Shown: positions 10,292-22,480 of the stretch, in pieces | Position numbering within the stretch: the first letter of the stretch is position 1 | Layout of the letters: each line of letters begins with the position of its first letter | Assembly: GCA_013239625.1 (NCBI GenBank) | Contig: MU056277.1 | Coordinates: 2,272,076-2,336,075 of the forward strand | Reading direction: 5' to 3' | DNA: 64,000 nt | Source: Lama guanicoe | Lineage: Eukaryota | Notes under the pieces: generated by a model | What the model was told of the DNA's origin: nothing | Databases searched by the model: none | What the model saw: the letters and a program-made list of their open reading frames with translations, nothing else | Translations under genes and position numbers: made by a program

Positions 10292-13049
10292 CTGCTCGGG
10301 GCGGAGACAAGCCAGGAAGCATGCATCTTGCTCCACAGCCACAGCCTGGCGGCCTCCACCCTGTTCCCTCTGGGCCAGGAGGGAAAGAACCTCCCCACTG
10401 GGGACCCTTCCAGAGAAGGAGGGCAAAGGGGGGAGGGTGTGGGGCAGAGCCCAGCCGCACAGACGTAGGGACTCCTGGGACCCCCTTGAGTGTCCCCGCC
10501 CCCCCGAGCATCCTGGCCCCCCCAGCACAGAACACACACCACCCCGCATCGGGCGTCCTATTCTCCAGTGGAGAAGACAGCAGGAATGCTACAGGAGTCA
10601 GGCCGCGAACGGGCCCCACCGCCTGGGCCTTCTAGTGCCTTCGATGCCTCATCTTTGACAGGTCTCTGCGGCACATGGAGCTGGGGGCATGACTCCCCCT
10701 GAGAACCTCGCACCCACGTGTGTGGTGGGGAAGGGCTGGGACCCATCTCACAGGTCACCTGGTGGGCAGACAGAGCCATCAGTGCACACCTGTACCCACG
10801 TGTGCTGGGAGCCGCCCGCACGTGCAGCTGTCACGAGGGCGCCTCCACAGCCACACGGGCCCCACACGCTCTCTCATGGGCAGGGGCAACACTGAAATCC
10901 CCTCTTCGTTCCCCAAGAGGGCAGAGGCCTTGATCTGAAGAGACTCCTTTTACTCCAGCTGGTGCCGCCTGGGGGTCGGCGTGGGAACTCAGATCACAAG
11001 ACCTTGAACTCTCATCCGAGGGCCTGGGCCCCAGCCACGCGCTCAGACTGACGCTTCCAACAGCGTGTCTGCCTGTTGGACGGACGGCTGTTGTGCTGAG
11101 GAACTCCCAGCTTGCCCGTGTGACGTATTCCAATAAATCTAAATGCTTAAATTCTGCTAATAAATGTTCCGTAAGTAAAATGGGAAAATCCAGCACACGT
11201 TCTGTGCCGACCATGGAATCTCGCCTGCTCCTCGGCACAGGGACAGGGTGGTCTCATTATTAGGTAATTCCATTAAAATAGAATCACTGTAGACAGTGAC
11301 GTGACATCAGGGTCACGCCACCAGTTTTCACAGGTGCACACACAGTGAACTGTGGCCCTGCTAAAGAACCTGGGAATAACTCAGTGGCAGCCAGTTTGGT
11401 GTGAAGCACCGGGGGCTCCCTCGTCCCGCCTCCTCACGCTCCCGCTCCCGAGTGGAGCCACTGGGCCCCCTTTCCTTTCTCGGGAGTCTGGTCCACGGGG
11501 GAGAAGCTCCACGGGTGATGCGCAGGGGAGACGAGGGGTTTGCAGAGCTGCAAGCACAGCTCCACCTTAGGCTCCGTTACAGGGAGGCTCACGGCAGCTT
11601 CCAAACCCTGCGGAGGTCACGCCCCAAGCTGGCCACAGGCCTGAGCCAGCCGCAGTCACGAGGAGGATCGCTGACAGGGCCTCCGCCCCCCCTGCCCCCT
11701 TTTGTGCACAGCAGCAGACACACCCCCAGCAGCCCGACAGGGCCCGGGCTCCCCAGGCCCGGGTCCAGCCTCTCCTGGGGACGCCAGTCACTGACAACAG
11801 CCCAGCAGCTGTGTCAGCACATGGGGACACGGCGAGCCCAGGTCTCGAGACGGCGTCCTGAGTCTCCGCCCACCGGACACGCCGCCAGCGACTTCTGTGA
11901 GGAGCAATTAACTACCCATTTCCCGGTGTTTCAAGGGAAAGCAGGTCAGACCAGCCCTCTAGGACGGGAATGTATCAGCTCGCTCCTGGGCTGACTTGTT
12001 ACTGACACAAAATTCAGCGACGCTGCCACACACGCTGGACTCCCGGCGTCGGACGGGCAGCCAGGGCCCAGGCCCCAGCGGCTTCTCCGCGAGTCTGGGC
12101 AGATAGGGCAGGGGACCCCGAGGAAGAGAACAGGCATGGCTCTGAGGTCGGAGAAGCCACTTTGTGCCTCAGTCGTTCTGGGACCTGACTTCTCGCAGAA
12201 GAGCAGGCTCAGTAGCTAACGATTTTAAGGAGACAAAAGAAGGTAAAATCAGACAGCCCTCCCTCGCCAGGCCAGGGCGAGGACTCAACCATGTCGGACA
12301 CGACGAGTCGGCTGTGAGGACACCCAGGTCTGTGTCAAAGGCGAAGGCCAGCCTGAAGCCCTTTCTCGAGCTGCTGCGGACTTCAAACCCTCGGAGCACT
12401 CACCACCAGATCAACTGGACCCTCGCAAGGATGGCGACCTCTCCTGACCCTCGTGACTCCAATCAGCCGAAGCTTGGACTCCGCAGACCTCTGCCCCGTG
12501 CCCGGCGGCGCTCTCTGCATAGCCCCTTCCTGGGCCTGCCCCGGTCTGGCTGCCGGGGAGACGCCGCTTTGGGAAAGACCCGCGCCCTCCTTACTGTGCA
12601 AATCGTACCTCCTTCCCTCCCTGCCCCCGTCTTTGACTCGGCTGTGCCTTTTGGCTTGACAGCCCCCCGAAGAGGCAAACCCCGTTTTCGGATGACAGCA
12701 TCTGAACACTGCTGGCTGGTGTTCTGTGCACGGGACAAAAGAGGCGTCAGAGGGAAGATGTGAAACCCGTCAGGCAGAGCCTGTCTGAGCGACTCCTCGG
12801 CGACAGACACGACGCTACGCTAGCTCCCCCCAAGAGGCAGTGCCGGAGACCACGCGGAGGTGGCTTTGCACACGCTCCTCTCTCTCTGCCTCCGATTCCT
12901 CCTCGATTCTAACACCGACTTCCTGCAATTTCAGCTGCTCTGAAATTGGGGTGTCACTGGCCCCGAGGGACTGCCTTCCGGGGTTGGTGCTGAGATCCGG
13001 CCTTGCTGCTCGCCAGGGCCCAAGGTCCCCCCACAGGTGGCCACCCAGG

Positions 13050-13700
13050 TCTCCTCTTTTGTAAACTGCCTACTGGGCATAATGTGCCTACTTCTCCGTT
13101 GACCTATTTCTACCTAGGATTTTAGGAATCTTCACACGTGCATCACATGAATCACAGACACCTTCCCCAGAGTGGCAGCTTGTCCTTTTACTTTGCATAT
13201 GATGTCTTGTCTCAAACTTCGTTTTTAACGTTAATGTGATTAATCAATCATGTCTTTCTGAATTTTGTTCAAGAACTTCCCTGCTCCTGTATCATGAAGC
13301 TGTCCTATATCTTACTTTCTGAGTTTCAAAGTTCTGCTTTTTCGTAGTCTTGAATCCTCCTGAAATGAGGGTCTAATTTTATTTTCTTCTGCAGGCGGTG
13401 AAGTGTCACAGAACGTTTTGAATAGCCTTCTCCCCAGTAATCAGTACATCTCAGGTGCCAGGTTCTGGCCGGGGACAGGCCAGCAGACTCATTTCTACCC
13501 TCTTGATTCTGTTTGTCCCCCCACAACCCAACAGCTCACCATGTCCGCGGTCACGGCGCCACGGCACACCTCCAGGGTTCTCCTTTCCAGCCTTCAGCTT
13601 TGCTTTGCCCTCCATCCTTCCACAGGACTGAGCCATCCTTGTGTTCCTGGACAAACTCTCTTTAAGTCACAGGCAGAACCCAGAGTGGCTGCTGGTGCCA
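13050..13700 (-). mobile_element. Highly decayed L1 fragment
   Basis: T-rich tract resembling antisense L1 ORF2 3' region (cttttactttg, gggtctaattttattttctt). Boundaries approximate. Confidence 0.5.
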
Positions 13701-16002
13701 GTGTAGTAACTGGGGCCCGTGTTCAGGGGCCGGCCTGCTAGCAGCCTGCAGGACAGGGGCTCTTCCCAGCGTCCCAAGGAGTTCATGAGTTCACCTTTGT
13801 CTGTTTTCTGCAAGATTTATGAAAAATCATGGGAATCATCTGCTCCTTCACGCCTCCCGAGCGTCTGCGTGTCTGCACGTGCCCACTCGGACGTCCTGCT
13901 CCGTCCAGCGGGCTGGATCAGGCTGCATCTTCCTCAAAATTATCCCTTTGTCTCTTCATTTTACTCATGTTCTTCCTGTGATTCATAAAAAATCTCTTCA
14001 AGTTTTCAGAGTAGAGCATTCTTTCCATTTGTAAATACTTTATCCAGTTTTTTTCTTCATCAGTTTCTTTTAAAGGTTTTCCAAAGACACAGCTTTTGTC
14101 TCAGTTTATCTTTCTGATCGGTTCTTTGTTTTCTGTCATTACTTTCACTCTGCCGTTCGTGTGCTTGTACGCGTATGCGTACGCGCACAGAAAAGCAGAG
14201 AGGGCCCTGGAAACACACGGCAGAGAGCAGCTCCGAGCAGGAGAGCAACGGACGGCAGGACGGAGAAGCGGCACTGCTCACCCCCGGTCGGTGCTGTGAT
14301 TCCGAACTTCTGGAACGAGGCCACAGCTGTGCGTTTTTGGTACAACTAAGAAGGAAGCAGCTGAATGTAAGCTGACCGCGGGCTGAGACGACAGGGTCGC
14401 CCGGAGCTCAGAGGACGGGCACACGGCTGCCCCTCCGCCACCAGGGCGCCCCGCAGATGCGGCGACCCCGCCCTCCCGCAGGCCTGACTTCCCATCTGGA
14501 GATTTCCTTCCATTTTTGAACCAATACCTGTCTCCACTGCAGTTCGGTCTGACTGAACCTGGTAACTATCAGAAATGACGTTCCACTGACTTAAAAGCGA
14601 GCCAGAGTAATGAGCCTGGGCCGCCTGGGGCCTGCCGTCTGCCCGTCCGCACCCCTCACTCCGAGTGCATCTCCCCCCCGGCTTGGTCTCCTGCAGCTGG
14701 GCCGACCCCATGGGGCGGGCCTGTGGGTGTTGTCCCTGAAGTCTCCCAAACCCCCAGACAGCGCCTGGAACTGAGGACGGACAGGGCTGTAGCCCCTACT
14801 CAGCCTCTGACGTAACTCGGCTGTGTCGCCACCCACTGGGGAGCCTCCTGGCCCCACTCTCCTCCCCCAGCGGTCCAGCCTCCCCGCAGCCACACTGGCC
14901 GGTCGTCTCCCCACCGGTTCCCGTGGGCAGGTGGCCCCTCCAGAGCCCTTCCAATGTCCTCAAGGGCAAGGAGCACCGGGGTCCCTCCACCTCTGCGGAC
15001 CCCCTCTCTCCGGCACCACCCAGGCCTGCTCCTCCCAGGGACACCAAGCCCCAGATCTGAACCCGGGCTCTGCCTCGCGGCCACGGATCCAGGCCTCACG
15101 TGTCCTCCTCTGTGAAAGGGATTCAGTGGCTGGGTCTACATGGCACAGCTGGGCCAGGGATCAGAGGGGAGGCAGGTGCGCGTTAGCTGGAGCCCGAAAC
15201 GTGCCACAAGCTCGCACTCTCCGCGCTCTGCCGCACGGGGCTCCCAGAGATGGGGCCGGCTCTCCCGGGTGGTCCTGGGCTGAGCCTGCCCCAACTGACC
15301 GACCAGGGAGGTGACTGGGGAGGTGCGGGCGGGGCAGGAGGAAGCTCAGGAAACAAGACTGACCCAGGGCCGCCGGGACCCCACCCAGCAGTCACGAGGA
15401 CTCTGCCCCCGCCTGAGCAAGGAGCACTGTGGCGGCTGCTGGGGGCAGAGGTCACACCCGCCTGCATCCTGTCCCACTCCAGACGACTCCGGCCACTTCT
15501 CATCCCAAAGGGACCCGACTCGGCCGCTCACAGCCTGCACGGTGCATCACAAAAAGTGGCAGCTAGTTGTTTGTTAATTAACTTGCGATTAAAACAATTA
15601 ATATTCATGAATAAACGGAAAGGGAGAAGTGAATGAGAGGAACGATTCTCAGCCCGAGAACAGTAACGGTGCTGCTGACAGTTACCGCGCTGACGGCCCC
15701 CTGCGAGCCACGGAACAAACATCCACAGAAGCTCAGCGGCCCGCCTGCGGTCTGCTCACCAGGAGCCGCGAAGAGCCCTGCGGCCCCCCCACGGGGGGCA
15801 CAGGCTGAGAGCAGGCGGACCGCGCCGGCCCTGAGCCCGGGAGCGCTCCCGATGCTTCTCTGCTTTTCCGCTAACGCAGGAAGACGTGCCCCTCAACTCT
15901 CAGACAAGCCACTGCATTAGGTTCAGCCTTGACTGGTCGGCTGAACCGTTTCGGGCACCCCAGAAAGCAGACGGAGAGAGGCTCCCAGCGGGGCCAACGT
16001 AC

Positions 16003-16099
16003 CTGGCAGAATGCTTCCAACAAGAGTGTCCAGCAGCCAGAAGGACTCCTCCTCGCTCTCTGTCATCAGGATCAGGTACCCCGCTACAAAGTTCATCCC
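16003..16099 (-). CDS. GRTP1: GRTP1 exon 5
   Basis: cctgctttcag|GGG acceptor, CCA G|gtacgt donor. 97 nt, GMNFVAGYLILMTESEEESFWLLDTLVGSILP. Confidence 0.96.
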
Positions 16100-16925
16100 C
16101 TGAAAGCAGGAAAGGCAGAAGAGACTCACGTCGCGTTTTAAACCCCCACCAGAACCTGCAACCTCTTGGCGGCTCACTGCTAACTTTCCATTTCCCTGGC
16201 TCTTCCCTAAACCCTGCAGGATTCTGGAGCCCCCTCCGCGTGAAGATTCAGAGATAAAGACTCTGCCGTCTAGCGACGCACGCGGCCCTCTCGGTGCCTC
16301 TGGCCCTGGAGCCCTAAGCCCGGGGGCTCCAACAAAGTAACCGTGCAGTGAACCACCACCACCGCTGCTCTCCCCGAACTCCCCCAACACCTGCCGGCAG
16401 CCTGAACGTCCACACCAAGGGGAGCCTGCACCACTGGGCATGTTTCCCAAGATCCCAGAGCGGCGTGCACTCCTGCGATGGAGACCGTTTTGGGAAGTTC
16501 ACAGCGCACGCAAGCAAAGGGTGGGCATAGTCAAAACAGACGAAGTACACAACTCCGAGCTGGGAGAAGTGGGTAGACCAGGGGAAGAAACTGGGGGGGG
16601 GGCTAACGACAGAGCGAGTGTCGCTCTCAGGTGCCTGGGTTTCAGAGGACTTCCACTTCTTTTTTGCGTGTCTGTATCTTCTGAAACAAACATGTATTTC
16701 TCCAGGAATAGGGGAAAATCCAGCTTTTATCAGCCAGCATGACATAGCTGGACCCAGAGACAGCAGACCTGGGGCAGGGGCCACGTGAAGATGAGGTGGA
16801 GTCCGGAGGGACGCGCCGAGGACACCAGGAGACACTGGCAGCCGGGGGAGGGCCCGAGGGACCAGCCGGCCAACACCTGACCTCAGCCTGCTGCCCCGGG
16901 ACTGAGAGACGATGGTCACAGGAAG

Positions 16926-17075
16926 TGCACACCTGTGTGCATGTGTGCACGCCCATGTGTGTAGATGCGCATGTGTGCACACGTGACTGTGTTGTGTATG
17001 TGTGCGTGTGTCCGTGTGGCCACGTGTGTGTGTGTGCACATGTGCAAATGTGTGGCTATGTGTTGTGTGTGTACA
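16926..17075. repeat. Degenerate (TG)n low-complexity repeat
   Basis: Interrupted tgtg/tgca tract. Confidence 0.85.
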
Positions 17076-17910
17076 CCCATATGTTTTCCCAAAGCCAGGA
17101 CAGCTTTGGCATCAGGCTAACATTAAAACTTTTTAAACTATATTAAAACCCACAGGAGGAGTAATTAGAGTGATCTAAGGACAGTGTCTCCATCCGGCCT
17201 CCCCAACTCCCGAAGGTCCAGTTCTTGTCCCAGGACAGTAAGTGAACGACAGTGACAAAAGCCGACTGTGACCAAATTCCCTCCAGGAAGACCAGGCCTC
17301 TCAGTTGCGCCTGGCCTGCAGGCACCGCCCACGGGAACAGCCTCCAGACGACACAGGCCACCGACGGCTAGACAGGTCCAGGCAGCGGCCCTGCGCTCCT
17401 TTGCCGCCAGTCTTTTCAGAACCACCCGCCTTCCCCACCATCCCCCCACCCCGGAGCTGTACACGCCGGCCACGTGGGGCAGCTCCAAACAGATGTCTGT
17501 CCAAGGCTTGCTGGAACCCGGCCTCCTGATTGTCTGGACTTTGTGAGCCTCCCCGGGACGGGAGGTATCCCTCAGGAAACCACTGGCCAAGCCTCCGCTC
17601 CGGGGGGCGCAGGGAGCCTCGGACGGTGGGAAAGCGCCCTGCCTGGAGCCCGGCGGCCCCCAGGGCTCAGGGGGTGGACGGCACGGCCCCCAGCAGGCAC
17701 GGCTCCAGCTGTCCCAGGCCCCGGCTCCTCTTGCTTCCGGGCTGTGAACAAGTGTTCCTTCCATGCTCCGGAGTGAGCGCCTTCGGGAGGAATGAAAAAG
17801 GACTCCGCGACCTCGTGGTCAGCCCCTCGTGGCAGGCGGGAAGCAGGGCCACAGTCACCTCCCCCTGCAGGCAGATCCAGCTTCCAGAAACAGACCCAAG
17901 GGCAGCCTGG

Positions 17911-18136
17911 CACGCACACACATGCAGACAGACTGACACACACAGATGGGCACACACACACACAAGCTCGTCGACACTGACACATGCATACAGACGCACA
18001 CTCACACACACACACACACAGACGTGCACAGAGACGCAGACCTGTGCACACACACAAGCTGGTCAACACTGACACGTGCATAAAGACGCACACACAAACA
18101 CACACACACACGGACACACAGATGTGCACACACACT
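17911..18136. repeat. Degenerate (CA)n low-complexity repeat
   Basis: Interrupted caca tract. Confidence 0.85.
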
Positions 18137-18349
18137 GTTGGCACCGAGGTGACAGGCCTGGTCACCTGTGTCCAGTAAGCAGACCGAGCTCACCTCCCAC
18201 CACACCCCTCCCTGTGCTCTGACGCAGGGAGACCCAAAGGCAGAAGTCCTGCTGCTTCTCTCGCTGGGAGACAGGTGAGTCCCAGCCCGGGAGGGAAGGA
18301 ACGGCCAGCGGTGGAGGACGCCCGCTGGGCCGGGGGCGCCCAGGCTCAC

Positions 18350-18474
18350 CTGGCAGTACCCCACGTCGCGGTTGTGGTGCCCGTAAGCCAGCAGCACGTT
18401 GTACAGGGTCCTCTGCAGGCAGGGGTCAGCACCCTTCCGGAACCTCACGTTGTCCGGGAAGGTCCTGTTCATGT
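18350..18474 (-). CDS. GRTP1: GRTP1 exon 4 (TBC catalytic Arg- and Gln-finger region)
   Basis: ccctgcag|AC acceptor, CAG|gtgagc donor. 125 nt, (D)MNRTFPDNVRF...VLLAYGHHNRDVGYCQ. IxxDxxR and YxQ motifs are intact. Confidence 0.96.
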
Positions 18475-19719
18475 CTGCAGGGAGACCCAGGGCACAGGGC
18501 TGCTCAGGGTGGAACAGTCTGCGCTGTGATGTCGGCCCTGGGGTGAGCTGCACCTGAGTGACCCAGGGGGTTCTGGCCCCTGCACCACTGAGGGCAGCGG
18601 CCGCACCCTCTGGACCCCTGGCCCACAACAGCTGTGGCCCGGGGACACTGGCTGGCCCCAGCACCCCCTCCTCTCAAACCAGCAACGACAGACGGGGCTT
18701 CTCCGAGCTGAGGCTGGGCTGTGCATGCACCCGCGTCTCCTCCCTCTCCCCACACCCTCCTCTTGGCCGGGGAGGAGGCTGAGTGCCAGGACCGAGCATG
18801 ACAGGTAAATGGTTTACATGAAACTTTGGAAAGTTTTATGGATTCTGAAGATTGAAAACAGGAGGCGGCAGAACACTGGGAGGTTCCCTCTCAGAGATAA
18901 ACAGACAACGCAGAAAACTCAGCTCTAAATAAACTCATCCCTGCCGGCTTCTGTCAGCAGGAGGGTCCCCGGTCGGCCCCTTCCCGCTCTTCAGACACCA
19001 CGTCCTGGCCCCAGGCCCCCCGCCCAGCCCGGCCACCCCGCACGCCTCCCACTGACCGGACGCTGGACTTCGAGCTGCGTTACATGACCCTCTGGGGGCC
19101 ATGTGTCACCTGACACGATCGCGTCCCCTGGATCTCCTGACCCCGCCTGGATCGGAGGAGTGGTGTTCGCTGCGGTGCTGGGTGCGGCACTGGGACCCAC
19201 GGACACACACCCAGACCTGGAGGGAAGCACCAGCTCCCTCGATCGCGAGATGCCCCCTCTGAGGGGGTGCCCATGACACCCCCACCCTGTGCCTGCGAAA
19301 CCCAGCCCCTGCTTCATTTTATAGCAGTGAGGTCTCCACGCAGCTGCATGGACTCTGGCCTCGGGCCTCCATCTGCCCATAAAAAACAAGATCTGAGCAA
19401 AGTAGTTCCCTTTAGTGCCTCAAAGCACCTTGTTTTTCACTGTTTTTTTTTCCCTGAAATTCCAAACATTCCAAAAACTGGAATCGGTCGGGGGAAATGA
19501 GTTTCTCACTAATTCAGGCTAGAGTGACCACTGTACTCATTCCTACATAGTACTTTTATTATCAGAAGTTTTTCACGTGTTCTGAAATCTTTCTCCCACT
19601 CTCCCCACCGTGGAGGCAGATGTGGAGGGATGTCCAGTCTATGCTCCACCGGCCCCGTAAAACGACAGACGCAGACCCCTCAAAGGACAGCCTCGGGGCA
19701 CCACATGGCCCCACAACTC

Positions 19720-20170
19720 CCCGTCTGCGCACCCAACTGAAAGCAGAGTCTGGACGGGAACGCGTCCACCTGTGTTCACGCAGCGGCATCCTTCATAACC
19801 ACTGCCAGGTGGACGTAACCCCAGCGTCCGCTGACAGCTGGCGGAGGAACTAGCCGGGCTGCGAGCAGGCAGCAGACCCCGTGCGGCCTGGAGGAGGAGG
19901 CGCAGTCTGACACCAGCTGCCACGTGTGTGAAGCTTGGGGACGTTTCGATCAGTGAGAGAAGCCAGTCTCAAAGTCAGATAATTTGTGATTCCACTTGCA
20001 CGAGGTCCCCAGAGGAGTCAAATTCATAGAGACACAGAGTAGATGGTGGGGCCAGGGCCCAGGGGAAGGTGGGGGGAGGGTGTTTAGCGGGGACAGAGGT
20101 TCAGTTTGGAAAGACAAAATGGTAAGTTTTATGTTATGTGCAATTCACCATAATAAGAAAATCAATCAAA
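19720..20170 (+). mobile_element. Old L1M 3'-end fragment
   Basis: agtgagagaagccagtc...gtgattccacttg...gtcaaattcatagagacacagagtagatggtgg...gtaagttttatgttatgtg...cacataataag, typical of L1M 3' UTRs. Confidence 0.75.
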
Positions 20171-21111
20171 AGCTCTGGCACTAAGCAGAGCCTTTAAAAC
20201 TCACTTTCCAAACAAACAGCAAAACCATTGTACCTGGCGTGGTCGGACTTCCCTTGGACCTACAGTCTCTTCCCAGCCTGGTCGGTATCTCTGGGCCTGC
20301 AGGGCGGCCCCCCACGCTGTGACCGCAGGGCCGCGGCAGCACAGCTCTGAGACCTGGGGCCGGGTGGGGTGGCCGGGATGCAGACGCCAGGATCACCAGG
20401 CCCCACTCCCGCACTGGCTCTAGCCCCAGGGCTCTGAGACCCCGTGCCCTGCACTGGGGACACACTCCTCTCTCACCAGTTAGTCCAATCCCTCAGAGAT
20501 GTAAAGGAATTAAATTTTTAAAAATTAAATGTTTTGTGTTTAAATTTGTGCTTCTCAAAAGCTGTTGAGAAAATCAGGAAGGCAGACGTATTTCCTAAAA
20601 ACCTCATTATTCAATTTAGGCCACACATTTTTCAGGCATTTTGAACTGTAACCCTAACCCTACATGACTACTGAGGAAACTGGAGGGAAAATAAGTTAAA
20701 AGACAAAATTACAAGCATCCTGAGACGCCCGGAGTTTGACGTAAAGAGAGAGCCACGGTGAGGCTGTGGTGCGCATGCCGCCAGGCCTGAGCCCACAGGC
20801 CCCCGCGTCTTGTGCCTGCCTGCTCGGCGGCCTCCTCGCCTTCCTGGCGGGATCCTTCACGAAGAAGCACCATTTTCCTTTCCACCTGGCTAGACACCCA
20901 AACACATGCTGGATCAGTTACAGCGCTGCCCCCGCCAACACCTGTCTTGATTCTCCTTTGAGAAAAGTGAGCTTAGTTGCTGCACCTTCAACCGCGTTCA
21001 AGTCTCCTCACCCACATCACGCCCTCGCCCAGGCATAGCCACACTCCTCCGCGGCCGCCACCCACCCCGCTCCTCCTGCCCGGCCGCTGCCGTCCAGCGC
21101 GCGTCGGTCAC

Positions 21112-21270
21112 CTGTCCTGATGGCCTCCTCCAGCCGGCTGTCCCTCTCTCCCTCGAGAAGACGCTGGTAGTAGCCGGGGTTCCGGTCCATCTGGGCCTGG
21201 GCACCACTCACCCCCATCCAGACGCGGGCCCGGTGCTCCAGCGGGATGCCCTTCCGGATGTAACGCTTCA
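21112..21270 (-). CDS. GRTP1: GRTP1 exon 3
   Basis: ccgctgcag|TG acceptor, ACA G|gtgacc donor. 159 nt, (V)KRYIRKGIPLEHRARVWMGVSGAQAQMDRNPGYYQRLLEGERDSRLEEAIRT. Confidence 0.96.
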
Positions 21271-22029
21271 CTGCAGCGGAGACAGGGGCAGCTTCAGACA
21301 GACAGACGGACAGACCATAGGGAGAGGCCCTGCGGGCAAGCAGCTCTCGCTTCACCAAAATCAGTAAATCAGACATAAAAAAATGCAAAACCTTATGCAT
21401 CTCCTCCTGCACTGATACGTGCACTCATTATGGAATTCTGCCCTGAGCGCGGGCAGCAGCCTTCCCCAGCCGGGACCTCCACCCCCAGCCCGGCCGGACG
21501 GGGCAGACACGGAGACGGGGGCAGCCACCAGCTGAAACACCAGCTGAATTTAACAGAAAAAAATCACGGGAACGATGTCCTAGGTTACGGTCAAGAAAAG
21601 CACTAGCAATAAAACCTGATTAAGTCGGATCCAAGGAGACCCACATCCTTCGCTCGTCTGCATGTGAGCACCCTGAGACGTAGGGCCCCGGAGGCCCTGC
21701 CTCGTGCACCTGCCGCCTCCTGGAAGGCGGGGGCCGGGGACGCGCACCAGATGCTTGCAGAATGACGCGGCGAAGGCGAGGGAGCCCAGAGGAAGGACCT
21801 GAACGCCGCCCACCGACAGGAAAGGCAAACTGGAGTGGCTGTCTCCACCAGCTGACAAGCGCATCAGAGCGCGACGTCTGGGCCAGGACACCTCCATGCA
21901 CTCGGCCTGCTCATACTGTTTTGGGAACATGGAAAGTCTGAGCTCTGCTTCATTTTTCAGTCTACCAAAGACAGCAGTCATTCAGTCTGACCATCCCTCC
22001 ACCTTAGAACGATTTACATGAGACCTCAG

Positions 22030-22480
22030 TGGTCCACGCGACCAGGAACGCCCTCAATGGATGAATCATCCTCTGCTGAACAGCGAAGGGCCAGATGGGT
22101 CCCATCTCGGGAGGGACAATTCTGACAGCAACTCCACGCACACACCTGACAAAGCCATGGAGCGTCGCATCACTTACAACAGCACCAGGAATAAAAGGGG
22201 AAACACCTCGATGCACGTCGAACACGGCACCTGCAGAGGGAAGTCAAAGACGGCCCAAACAAATGCAGAGGGACACCGCCCACACCCTGGCCTTCTCGGG
22301 TCCCCAGTCTGCAGCTCAGCCACCCCAGGACGCCCAGTAAACACGATCACACAATCCTGAAGGTGACTGTCCTGAGCTTCGCTTGCGGCGGGGATTACGA
22401 GACCGCATGCTTGTCTAAACTTACAGAATTATACGCCAGTAAGAGCAAATTTCACGGCAAATTAAATAAATATATATATG
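22030..22480 (+). mobile_element. Decayed L1M 3'-end fragment
   Basis: ...atgcttgtctaaacttacagaattatac...aaatttcac...aaattaaataaa resembles an L1M terminus. Confidence 0.45.

Noticed and set aside
9411-10619. 402-aa ORF as a single coding region
   Set aside because: It is GRTP1 exons 6-7 read through an in-frame intron plus intronic flanks.
20649-20662. TAACCCTAACCCTA telomere-like motif
   Set aside because: Only two units, consistent with chance.
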